Shown here: positions 1-11,211 of the stretch, one piece after another | Layout: each line of letters starts with the position of its first letter | Numbering within the stretch: position 1 is the stretch's first letter | Origin: Marsupella aquatica | Lineage: Eukaryota; Plantae; Marchantiophyta | NCBI GenBank assembly: GCA_973895155.1 | Contig: OZ316893.1 | Location: forward strand, 13,904,359 to 13,968,358 | DNA length: 64,000 nucleotides | Reading direction: 5' to 3' | Notes under the pieces: model-generated | What the model saw: only the letters and a program-made list of their open reading frames with translations | Told to the model about the DNA's origin: nothing | The model's database searches: none | Translations under genes and position numbers: made by a program

Positions 1-398
1 GGTGTGGTTTAAGGGGGGAATGACCGAGCACAAAGTTTATTAAATTGCAACCGTGATGAAAACCAGCGGGGAGAAATAACCAAAAGAGCACCCGACAACA
101 GCCCCGGGGCCAGAACAAAAGCACCAACAAACCGCAGCAGAGGAGACAAAGCAACAAGCCCCAAGCACCATCACCATGCAAGGACCAAGGGAGGCCCAAG
201 GAACAACCAGTGACCCTAAAAGGGGACACCAGACAGTACACTAAATAACAACCAACACTAGGTCTAAGTTCCTATAGACTTTAGAATAGTCATGTACTCT
301 ATCTAAGGTTGTTGTCACTGTAATGCACATGAGTACCAGGCCAATTTCTATTAGCCTGAAAGCAAATAGCAAAAGGCGGACTCATACGAGTGCAGCAC

Positions 399-3300
399 TC
401 AGATTTCTGTGGGTCTAGCATTGGCGGTAATGCTTCTGGTGGCACTCCTACCAGTCATGGCAGTGAGGTCAGTGAGCGTCCTGCTTAAACATCTAGCTTT
501 TTTTGCGCCTTTCATGCGCTGAAGAGTGGCAAGAGCACTAACCGCAGTACCATGGAGAATCAAGTGCAACAAGAACCGGGTTGCATTATCTTGGTAAGTC
601 CGCTGTCTTCTTTTAGTCCATATATTGGTATTCATTTGGTGAATCAGAAGAAGAAAGCCAGGGTCACGGTTTTGTGAGCGAATGGCAGTATCCAACTTGC
701 CAAAGAAAGAGCCCCCAGCTGCCTTATCAAGCCTAGTTCCAACAGCAATGTGTTCGAGTTGGATCCAACGGGGTCTCAATCTAGGACAATCATAGAACAT
801 GTGCTCAATGGTCTCGATATTACCTTGACATGCAGTGCATTTACCATCAGCCTTGTCCCACTTGAGTGCTCGCAGGTTTGAAAAAAACCCAGCGTTTAGT
901 ACTTTCCAAAAGTCCAATATACCCCTAGGAGAAGTCCATCCAGTCCACAAGTGAATCCACCATCTCCTCCATACCTCTTGTGAGTCCAACGATTGCCATC
1001 TACGGTTGAGTTGTGCAATGGGTGTGGTATGTTGTTGCATCATGAGTGCCCAGGTTTTAGTCTGAATATTCCATCCTCTTTTTTTCTCCAATGGCCCATC
1101 TCCACACCCATCCCTCAGCGTTGCTCAGTGTCTCAGTGGTGACTCCTCTAGAGCTGTGCAACAACTCCATGAGTTGTGTCAGTAGCCCCAATGCACTTTC
1201 CCTGGTAGTTCTGATTGACCCGTTGATCTGTTCTGTAGTCTTCCATCCCTACTCTTGAATGACCAAATCAGCTATAGTGTAGATTTTCCTAGTTGCCAAA
1301 AGGCTTCGGCATTCCTGTAGCACATGCTCTCCTGCATTAAGCTATCTTTGAATCAAGAGCAAGAGTTGATCAATGGAGATACCAATTGGTATTTTCCCAG
1401 CATCAAGTTCAAAGCAGAGATGAGTGACTGTGTGTGAGTTCCCATCCCCCCAGCATGTTGTTCAGTGTTGGCGCTGAAGCAACCTTTAGCTCAGGAAAGA
1501 GAAGGATAACCTCACTGGGGTCCCATTGTTTGCGCTCCTTTTTGTGGGGACCTTTCTGTACAGTGGTTGTGATCATAGTTCTGGCCATGTTAACCCAAGC
1601 GGTGTCAAAATCAGTGAGTAGCTTGATGATGCTGCGCATTTTGCAAACCTGTGGTTGGAGCTCAAAAGTTTGTATGGCCAGTCCTCCCTCTTCGTAGAGT
1701 CTGGTGATAGTGTCCCACGCAACAAGCGCTTTTTTGTTGGCTCAGGTAGTATTTTTCCCCCACAAGAAGGTGGGGCAAATCTTTTCAAGTTGCTTGTATC
1801 AAGTCTTCTGAATATTGAGAAGCATTAGGTGGTAGACAGGAATGGCCCTAAGAACATGTTTTAGGAGAACCAATCGTCCAACTTTGGTTAGCAAGTGAAC
1901 CTGTTAGTCCAATGCCTCAGTCGCTTGCGCACTTTGCCAAGAAGAAACTCAGTCTCTTGTGTGGGCTTAATTCCATTCCCAATAGGGCAGCCCAAGTGCG
2001 TGATAACCTCTCCCTTAGCTGCAATATGACACCAGTGCTTGCAATCCAATCAGGTTGTTTAGATTGGTTGAACTAAGTGATCACTGACTTGTCAATGTTC
2101 AGCAGTGCTCCAGAAATTCTCTCATACTTATTCATGCAGTAACAAATTCTCCTTCTATGGCTTTGAGAAAAAGCCCTGTGTCGTCAGCAAAGAGTTGATG
2201 CAACAATTTCTTCTCTTTGCCAGTACTGTTGATGCCTTGTAAATCTCCTGATTCCAATTTTGCTTGTAGCATACACATCAGAGGTTGAGTAGCTAGAGCA
2301 AAAAGAAGCGATATATGTTGCAGGACAACCTTGTCTCACTCCTCTCTCGAGTGGAATCTTGCTAGTGAATCCTCCATCAATGTGTACCTTGGAAACAACA
2401 TTGATAACCAGGCCTTTGATCAAGGTGATGAATTTTGGGTCAAAATTCATGTGCACAAGAGTATACTAGAGAAAGGTGTGGTCAATCCTATTGTATGCTT
2501 TGGCGAAGTCCAATTTAAGAAAGACAATGGGTTGCTGAGTGAGTTTTGTGAACTCTTGGCCCACCTTAAAAGCCAACACGTTGTCAAGAATGCTCCTGCC
2601 AGAAATAAATCCAGTCTGTTGTGTAGAGACAAGCTTGGGAACTACCTTCTTGAGCCTGTTGGAGATGATCTTAGCAGCAATCTTATGGGTAATAGTAAGC
2701 ATAGTGAGAGGCCGCCAGTTCTTAAGCAGTTGAGTGTCTCCAATCTTTGGAATAAGCTTAATGACTCTAGTCGATGCTTTTGACGTGAGTAATCCATCAT
2801 GCCAAAAGGCTCTCACCATGTTGCAACAGTCCATTTTCATCCATTCCCAATTGTTTTGAAGCACCTCAGCAGTTACCCCATCCAGGCCTGGCGATTTCTT
2901 TGTGGGAAAATTTGTAACCACTGCAGTAATCTCAGGTTTGCTAGGTTCACTGATCAGAGATTGATTTTGTGCAGTGTTGACTTTGTTACTGATTGGGGAT
3001 AACACTTCCACCCTCTTGGCCGGGTTGTTGCGAACATTCACATCAGCTTGAAATAAGGAGTAGTACTCTCCTATTTTTTCAAGAATCTGTTTTTTGTCAT
3101 CTATCACAGTGATGGTTTGATGGTTTCCCTACTTTGTTTTGCCTTCATTTGCAAGAAGAAGTATTTCAATGGTGCATCACCAAGCGAGAGCCACCTCACC
3201 CTTTTGCGACGTCGCCACATCTCTACATCTTTGAGTTCATTGGCTTTGACCTTAGCTTTGAGTCTCACCACTTCTGCTACATTGGAGGTGTTGGGGTTGA

Positions 3301-4306
3301 CTGCTACCTCTCTTCGCTGGTATTGTAGATTGGTTAGGTTACAATCTCAGCCGTTGTTGTTTTCTTAGCTTGTCGACATTCCTCTTTTCAGCTATCAAGA
3401 CCTTCATTCTGCTAGCTGCAAGGTCCCAACATACCCGTGCATCTCTTTCTTGATAGTTATTGGAGTCCCATGCAGCCATGGCTTGCTCATGGATCTCAAG
3501 TTTGTCACGCATTTTGGCATCCATTTTGAAGTAACTGCATTTCCTGGTTTTGGACCTAGTGCTAATGTCCTGGAGTGCAAAGGTGACAAGAACCAGAAGA
3601 TGATTGGAGGTCGTTTGCCTGTCATCATGGTCAATTTTTCTAATGATTGTGCACCAATTAGCTTGGTTGTTATAGTAGATTCTATCCAATCTAGCTTGGT
3701 CAAAGCGTGTTTTGCTAGTGGCTTGGTGAGTGAACTTGGGGCCTTTTCTACTAGCAATGCAGAAGTAAGTGTCACCGACGCCCCCTAGATCAATGAAATT
3801 GGCCCACTTCCGGCTCTTGCTGCCATGAAGGAGACTATAGAATTGTCCGGTTGCTCGACCATGTTGAAATCGCCTCCTATCACCTAATTTCTGGTAATGA
3901 TTTTGTTACTCAACCATTCCCAGAGATTCTTCCTCTGAGTTCTACTTCTAGGACCATTGGGTGCATGATTAGATTCCATGTTGAGAGGTCCCTTGCTGGA
4001 TTGTATTGTAATCCAGGCGCAAGTGGTGTCTCCCTTGCAGCCCTTGCTAATCACCTTAACTGATTGAGGTGTGATGACCGCAGCTCCTGCCTTGCCATCA
4101 GCCCCGTAATCCACTACTGATTCTCCTCCTGGCAATAGATTAGATAGCAGGAAATTACATTTGTCTGCTCTGATTTTGCACTCTTGCAAGTAGATGACCT
4201 GGACATCCGATTGTACTCTTCGTATCTAGTTACCAAGAATTATGGATCTGTTGGGGTCTCCCAGACAGTTAACATTCCATGAGCATATCTTTAGGTCGTC
4301 AATCAT
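399..4306 (-). pseudogene. LINE ORF2 (endonuclease + reverse transcriptase + zf-RVT), broken by stops and frameshifts
   Basis: ORF pieces 3884-4189, 3339-3689, 2466-3107, 2184-2456, 1409-1639 and 399-1091 are collinear parts of one ORF2. Confidence 0.9.
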
Positions 4307-4706
4307 CAAACGTTGTTGTTGTGGGACTTAACCTTTATTGTTGGTTTTTTCAGTGTCGCTTTTACTCCTAGCTTGGTGATGATTTTTGCCTTGAGTCTAT
4401 CTTTGGTAGCACCTGGTGCTCTATAGACATTTGGATCTGTCTTTTGAAGCACTTAGATATGAGCCGAGTTAAGCCTGATAGAGGTTGAGAGTTCTAGATT
4501 GTTTGGTGCCTGGCACTCCACTCCATCAAGGCCAAAATTAGGTGTTTGCATGTGTTTGGTTCTCAGTACCATAACATTCATGCAAATTGTCACATGTGGA
4601 CTTAGGGGGATCAAGATCAAGGTTGTCAATGCTCACCCTCCTGATTAATTGGGGAGGATTGTTTTTGTCTTCGTCCATCAACACTGCTACTTCATCCATG
4701 TGATCC

Positions 4707-4909
4707 CCTTGGGCCCTCACTCCAAGTAAACAAAGTGAACCCCCCTTGTGATCGGGACCCGTTCTCTCTTACCCCTTGTTATTTCCATTTTTCTATAAAA
4801 AGTTCTCTTGTTACCGGTAATAATTATAATTATTAGTTTTAAATGAATAAAATCCACCATTTGAGCGTTCACAAATCTTCCCATATTAGTTAACACTAAG
4901 GGCCTAGGG
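4707..4909. mobile_element. 203-bp MITE inserted in LINE ORF1; 13-bp TIR, 8-bp TSD
   Basis: TSD TGTGATCC at 4699-4706 and 4910-4917; ends CCTTGGGCCCTCA ... TAAGGGCCTAGGG; AT-rich interior; removal rejoins ORF1-like sequence (SGGDHMDEV). Confidence 0.8.
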
Positions 4910-5514
4910 TGTGATCCCCTCCGCTGAAGCTTTGGTTTTGGTGTTGTCTTGCTTTTCTTGTGTGGTCCATGTGTCTGTGTGTTGGAAAAGTTGTTGTTGT
5001 TGATTGGTGTTATTGTGCTTGTTGGAGATGCTAGGGCCTTTCAAATGTTTTTGATTGGAGTGTGTTGTGCTGTTGCGGGATGTGTTGTCGTCAACTGCTT
5101 TTTTGTGGTTTTCTGGTTCTGCTTGATTGGTGTGAGTACTACAAATGAATGACGGGTGGGATTGTTGTCTTTGCATGTCTAATTCTTTGTGGGTGTTTTG
5201 ACCTATGTGTTTGTCAGACTACTATGTTGTGGCGTTGTCGGTGTCAATGACTGAATAGAGTGATCATCCCGGGGATCATCCGCCTGATCTGTCACTTCCA
5301 TTAGAGCCTCAAATGGATTACTTGTTATGGCAATGGGTGCTGGTTGTGTGGTGTCTACCCAAACTCCTCTAAGTCCCTTTGTTTTGCTCGTCACGTGTGT
5401 GAATCCAATGTCATCTCCTGTTGGAGCTCCATCCCGACTGGTCTTTGTGTTAGCTGGATCTGAGGTAGAGTGTAGTTTTGTTTCAATGCTTTTGTCAGTT
5501 GTGATAGCTTTCTT

Positions 5515-6250
5515 CTTTATTGGGCAGACGATGAATCTGTTCATTAAAAGTGAATTATTATTCAATTTATGAACATTTGGGTAGAAGAAAATATACATTT
5601 GGCTTTCAAAAAGTGTACAATTGGACAAGAAATAAATATGTTGGCCATCATATGTACCACCATGTTCATCTTAATATAAAAGCGCGAACTGAAGTCTATA
5701 ATTAAGAGCCTAGGTCTAGAGTGAAGCCTCTAGACCGTAACTCTATGGTCATCATGTGCATAAGAGAAACTCATGACATGAATATGATGTATGTACATGC
5801 CAATTTTTTATAATAATTTCTAATTATTACATTCAAAAAATATAAGCACTATGGCCCCACCACAACATTCATATGTGCATAGAAGATGGATGTGCACACA
5901 AAAATACTGATATGCACATACAAGGAAAATAATATATTATCATTTCATTAATTTTTAAAGAATATTAATGAAAAAAAAATATTTTGATAATTTTTTTATT
6001 GTCCTCTTCGCTATTCACGTTCAAAGAACGGGTAGTCGGGGCTAGTCCTTCATAAATGAACTAGCATGAGACTCCTTCTAGCAAAGATAATTTTTGTGCC
6101 CTCAAGTTTACAATTGGCCATTTAGGTGTAGAGTATTGTACTATAGAGTACCTTTTGAGGTTGAAAAGTGTACATTTAGAGGTCTACCAAGAAGTGAACA
6201 AAATAAAATACATTTTTATTTTATAATCAATTGTGTAGATTATAATACCC
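5515..6250. mobile_element. About 736-bp AT-rich insertion in LINE ORF1, class unknown
   Basis: Abrupt composition change; flanked by CTTTCTT at 5508-5514 and 6251-6257; LINE ORF1-like sequence resumes on both sides. Confidence 0.55.
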
Positions 6251-9200
6251 CTTTCTTGGAGATGTAGCACTTTGCTTTTGATTGTGGTTGGGGTTCTTCA
6301 AATAGCACTGCACGCATACTTGCTATTGGTTTATCTGGTACATGGTGTAGGAAGATGATTGAGAGCAGCAATTAGATCTCCATCAGAAATCGCTTCGCCC
6401 GCCTTGGGGTCGAAGTTGTTATCTTCGTAAGGATTTGCTGGAGCCACAGTTGCTGATGTGCTCCGTGCTGTAGTGGCGATGCTATGGGCTGTATGCTTAT
6501 AAGTTCTGCCAGTAGCGCCTTGGCAGCATATGTCTCGATAATCTGGCCTTGTTCCTGTTGGATTTGTTGCTTCCCATTCCTCAAATCATATTGATGTGGC
6601 TGGCTTTGAGGTATTTTTCTGTGCTGCAGATTACTTGTTGGTTGTTGGCCTTGATTGCGCTTCTTGGGCGATTCTATCACCATGGTGGAATTTGGCTTCT
6701 CCAAGTCATCATGGTTGATTCTTGATTTCTGCCCTAGTTTGCAGGCTACAATTACCCCCTCAAGTAAGAATCATACCTTGACAGCCCTCTAGCCTAGAGC
6801 AGGCTTGAAATCCAACAGATGGCAGGAAGCCCAACTAAAGGAACCTTATAATCACCTAACTCAAGTCATATTTTGTTTGTGATGTCCCTGATTCAGGAGT
6901 GTTCATACACACTATAGTGTCCAATCTTGCCCATCCCGGTGAATGATCTGTTTACAAATTGTCATCCAGGCGCAAAGAAATCCTGGCAGTTCACTGAGAC
7001 ACTATTTTTTTGCCACCGTTCTCTGCCTCTCCGTCCATGCCTCAACATCCATGCCTCGGCCTTGCTAATATTGCATTTGGCTAGTGGAACAGAAATGTCC
7101 GGAAAGTCTCAATTCCTCATTTTATATCCAGTGACCATGTCAAAGAAATGTCCAAAATGTCTCACTTTCTCCCTATCTCCCTATCTTCCTCTCCTATGCT
7201 CCTCCTGCTCCATGGTTTCAGGAGAACCAACTAATACTATATACTTTTGCCTACCAGGAGCATGCAAGGGACACTGTGATTTGAGAAACCTAAACGATGG
7301 CTGGAAGGCCAAAAAGAAAGTGGGAAGCCCCATATCAGCTGCCTTTAAACTGCCTCTACTACCCATATTTAAAAGAATGTAGCTATAGGACACCTGAATT
7401 AGTCAATAATGTTCTTAACAAAGTCAAAAAGTGGGAAAAGTGTCTATTTTGTCTCCCACAGCTTCAGGCATAGCTGACTCAACTTCTAAGGTACTTTCAT
7501 TTTCCTGAAATTTTAGTTTCTAAATTAGAATATCTTTGCCAAGAAGAAAAATCATTTTGCAAAAACTTTATGCATTCTACAACATATGTGAGATATTCAT
7601 GCATGGTTTCAATTCAAACTAAGTTCAGAAATATCCAGTCAATGATTAGACCATTGTAACTCTCTCCTTGTCCACAGTTCTCCTATATAAGAACCTTTGG
7701 GCTCAAACCTCTTGGGCATACTTTGGAGAACACCCTCAAGGGAGGGCTTTAACTTAGATTTAGACAATCTAGTCCAAGAGGGTGAGAAAGAACACTAAAA
7801 AACCAACAAAGCCATTCTAATCTTCCCATACACAAGCAAAGCAAATCTAGCAAAGAGAAACGCTCATGAACTCTCCATTGTAAAATCGATCAGCACATAA
7901 TTACAAAGGACCCCAGACTGGAAAGGACTTTGCTTCATGGTCGTTTAAAAAGCAGGGCACATGTCTGCAACAAACTCTAAATATATCTCTGACAATAAGA
8001 GGTTGGATCAACAGATCAACCTAGCAACCTTGACGCATTCGGGTCTGGTTCCTGTAGTGCAAATCATTCAACTTGAGGGTAGTCAACTCCAAAAGCTGAG
8101 TATCATTCTAAATTGATTGTCATGACACAAATTAATTTCTTGAACAGTTTTCTTGGCCTTATGTATGGTAAGTCAAGACTCAAACTTAGCTCTTGAAATA
8201 AGTGAATATGACATTGCCATGAATGTGTTTAAGTGCCTGTGATGATGGTATGGTATGGTACTAGCTGTGCTACAAAGGGTTAGTCGGACCTTAGTTTGAT
8301 GACACTAGTGAGTTTCAGAGGACATTACTTTTCAGATATTGAACACCCAAATTGGATGATATAAATTGGGCAACCAGACAATATAACTCCACAGTTAGGC
8401 ACATATGCATATGTTTTGAGGAAGAAAATAAACACTTAACTTATTGAGCTTGACTTCCAAAATTAGTGTAACAAATATCAAAGACTTAAGGTTGTGAGCA
8501 TCCTGCTTCCGAAATTCACATTGGCCATTGCAGTTCCATTATGGGGAATTGGAATCCATTGGTGACTCTTGGCATGCAGATTATTCAAAGTTGTCAACCT
8601 GTGAGTTTATAGTTGTCACTTGCATTTGTTGTTTAGATGAGCAAAGAATTGGAGATTTCATTTTGGGACTCCTGTATGGTCTGTAAGAAACATAATTCTC
8701 TTGTGTAATAATAAGTTAAGGAATTCCAAGAGTGGAACATGAAGAAGAAAGCGGTGGGAGGCTTTGTTTCTTTCACAATGACCAGCTCAAATTTCAGCAC
8801 ACATTTCCATTTGGAATGCCTACTAGACTGCACCTTTAGCTTTGCCAAGTTAGATCACATAGGGGACCTGTGCAAAGGGAGTATGATGCTTGGTAAGCTG
8901 GAAGGTGATTTTGTAGCAGGCTCAAGATCCATATAGTCACAAAATCCCATTCAAAGTGAGTGCATAGGATTTCGCCCTTGGTCTCCAACGGATAGGGTGC
9001 AGCCCAATTCAAATGCAATGAAGGGTGGTAAATTGAGGTGCTGGGCATAAAGATGATCCTAAGAAGGCATCCAGTTTTGAGACCTAAGGTCACTAAGGTA
9101 ACAAGAGTATCATTCTTTTGTGGGAACTACAAAGCTTAATTTTTACAATGCAATCACTCATCTCACAAAGTGGTAGGAGTTGACTACAATGATGGCATTT

Positions 9201-9257
9201 TAGAGGTTCAAACCTTTGAATGTTCCTTGTGAATTGAGTTCCTGTGTTGTTAACAAT

Positions 9258-9394
9258 CTAAGTTGTTGATGTCACCATAGCAAAAGGAGTGTTCCCTAGA
9301 AGGCTAAGCTGTTGATGGAACTTTCACAACAGCACAAGGAGTGTTCCCTACAAGGCTAAGTTGTTGATGGAAACCATCACTATAACACAAGGAG
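9258..9394. repeat. Imperfect tandem repeat, 52-53 bp unit, about 2.5 copies
   Basis: AAGGAGTGTTCCCTA(G/C)AAGGCTAAG(C/T)TGTTGATGGAA at 9284 and 9336, partial copies either side. Confidence 0.75.
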
Positions 9395-9502
9395 AAGGTA
9401 AGTGGAGATGTGGAGATGGTGCTGATGGTGGTGAGGACAGCCACAATCTTGCAAATATGGCCCTTCACGGCCTGAAGCTGTGGCAAATCAACCAGGGTTT
9501 TG

Positions 9503-9520
9503 GGGGTTTAGGGTTTAGGG
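9503..9520. repeat. Short interstitial plant telomere-type repeat / telo-box
   Basis: GGGTTTAGGGTTTAGGG. Confidence 0.5.
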
Positions 9521-11211
9521 AATGTAATGTGTTGATTGGTTTTGTTTTCCTCCTGGAGCTGCAAAGCTTGTGGTGGGGTTGCAGGTCTGTCCACAAAAAA
9601 ATGTCTCGAGCAGCTATGTATGTGTGATCATTTGTCACCCGTTTGCTCTCTGGCCCTTTAGATTGTTGCCGCCGGACTGTAGATTTACAAGGCACAGGCC
9701 TCTCACCAGTTGAAGAATTTGAATCGGTACATTAGTCTGGGTGAGCACCATTTTTGTAGCAAGAGGACCAGAGAAGTGGGAAACGAAGGACAGGAGACTG
9801 ACTCACAAATATCCCCCTTATTAGTATTATTAGTAGACGCCTAACGACGAACCGTCCTTCATTCGTCTGATGTGCTAGGGGCACAAAGCAGCGAGGTTCA
9901 TCGCTCTGTGTTTGATGGCAGGTAACTGGGATGCTCATTCTTACTAGTGGGGTGCTTGTTGGTACTCTGCTGGGCGAGGCACACCAAACCTGCTCGTTTT
10001 GGTACGTATCTAAAGTTTTCGTGAGGATAATCTAAGGTGTGATAATTCTGCAAGTCAAATTTCCATGAATTCATCGAATGAACAGTCTTCTCTCGTTTGC
10101 TCCTCCTTACATGCGAGAGAGAGCGAGCTACTTTCTTTGTTCTGAGACGTCCGAACTGTGCAGAAATGGCAACCCTCTTGGGATGATCATGGGCACGGAA
10201 ATTCTGGGCACAAACATGCTCATGAAAGCGCAAATGCGGATCCAGAGGTACTTGAATGAACCCACTGTGTTTGTGCCGCCCAGTTACCGTAGCCAACTAT
10301 TCATTCTTTCTTTTTTGCCATGCTATAATTGTAAAGATTGAAAGAACTTGTAGAATCCGCTTATGTGCTGTTTCCACTCACCTTAATGTTTTCAGTAAGT
10401 CTCTAGGCCCCTTCTTTGTCAATGTGGAAATTGCAAACAAACTTCTGCTCTTGTTTTCTTCCAGAGTAAACTATGTTACTGGATATGTCATTCCTATCAG
10501 TCAGATGCATTGCATCATTTTCCATACTCTTGCCAGAATTTCTTCGGAACTTACAAGGACACCTATGATATAATTTGTATGATCAATGCAGGAGGACAAC
10601 TGATGTATCTAGGGGCTGTAACCCTTGTAGGCGGGTGGTTAGATTTACATGAATTATTCTGTACGAGGGGCGTCTTCACTTCGATTACTTACAAAACAGG
10701 GGAAGCTCAAAAGTAAGTGCACTCCGTAGTGACGATTAGACATACGCTACATGACCCGTGTTTACTTGAAGTAGAATAGCACATGTGGTTCATTGACAAC
10801 ATGAAGATGGGGTCATTCTCTGGAGTTCTCAACCTGTCTGTCAATCAGTGAGTACTGGTTTTGGCGTCGGTTGTCTTGGAACTAAATGTTAGCCAATAAA
10901 TTACGCGATCACAAACTAAGCTTGGCCAGACTGATGGCCTGTCTTTTAGTTATTATGCCGGGATCGTAAGCCTAGGTGTCTGTTCAAGTTCTTACAATTG
11001 GTAAACATGTGTATAATAGTGCGACAACTTCCGTCACACGGGAAGAATCTGAACGGATACAAGTTTTTGCTCTTAGGGAGATCATTGGTGACCCGTTTAA
11101 AAATCTATCGTGTTTTCTGAAGGGAAGTAGCTCTGAAAGACAGGCCCCAGTTTCTCACACTTAACTCTGACGGAACTGGGCAGGGGAGAGTCAGAGAGAT
11201 AGGCTGCTGGG

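Larger units (their letters stand above)
1..6720 (-). mobile_element. Decayed L1-clade LINE retrotransposon (ORF1 about 6704->4306, ORF2 4306->399); 3' end probably just outside the window
   Basis: Minus-strand fragments: APE endonuclease start MIDDLKICSWNVNCLG, RT motifs KSPGLDG, NWRPLTML, KLDFAKAYNRI, GVRQGCP, LFADDT, zinc finger CTAC..ETIEHMFYDC; AATAAA at 41-36. 5' boundary approximate. Confidence 0.9.

Noticed and set aside
6749-7393. PPT-like GAGGGGG plus possible gypsy integrase/chromodomain remnants on the minus strand
   Set aside because: Motifs too degraded; cannot be told apart from other TE debris by eye
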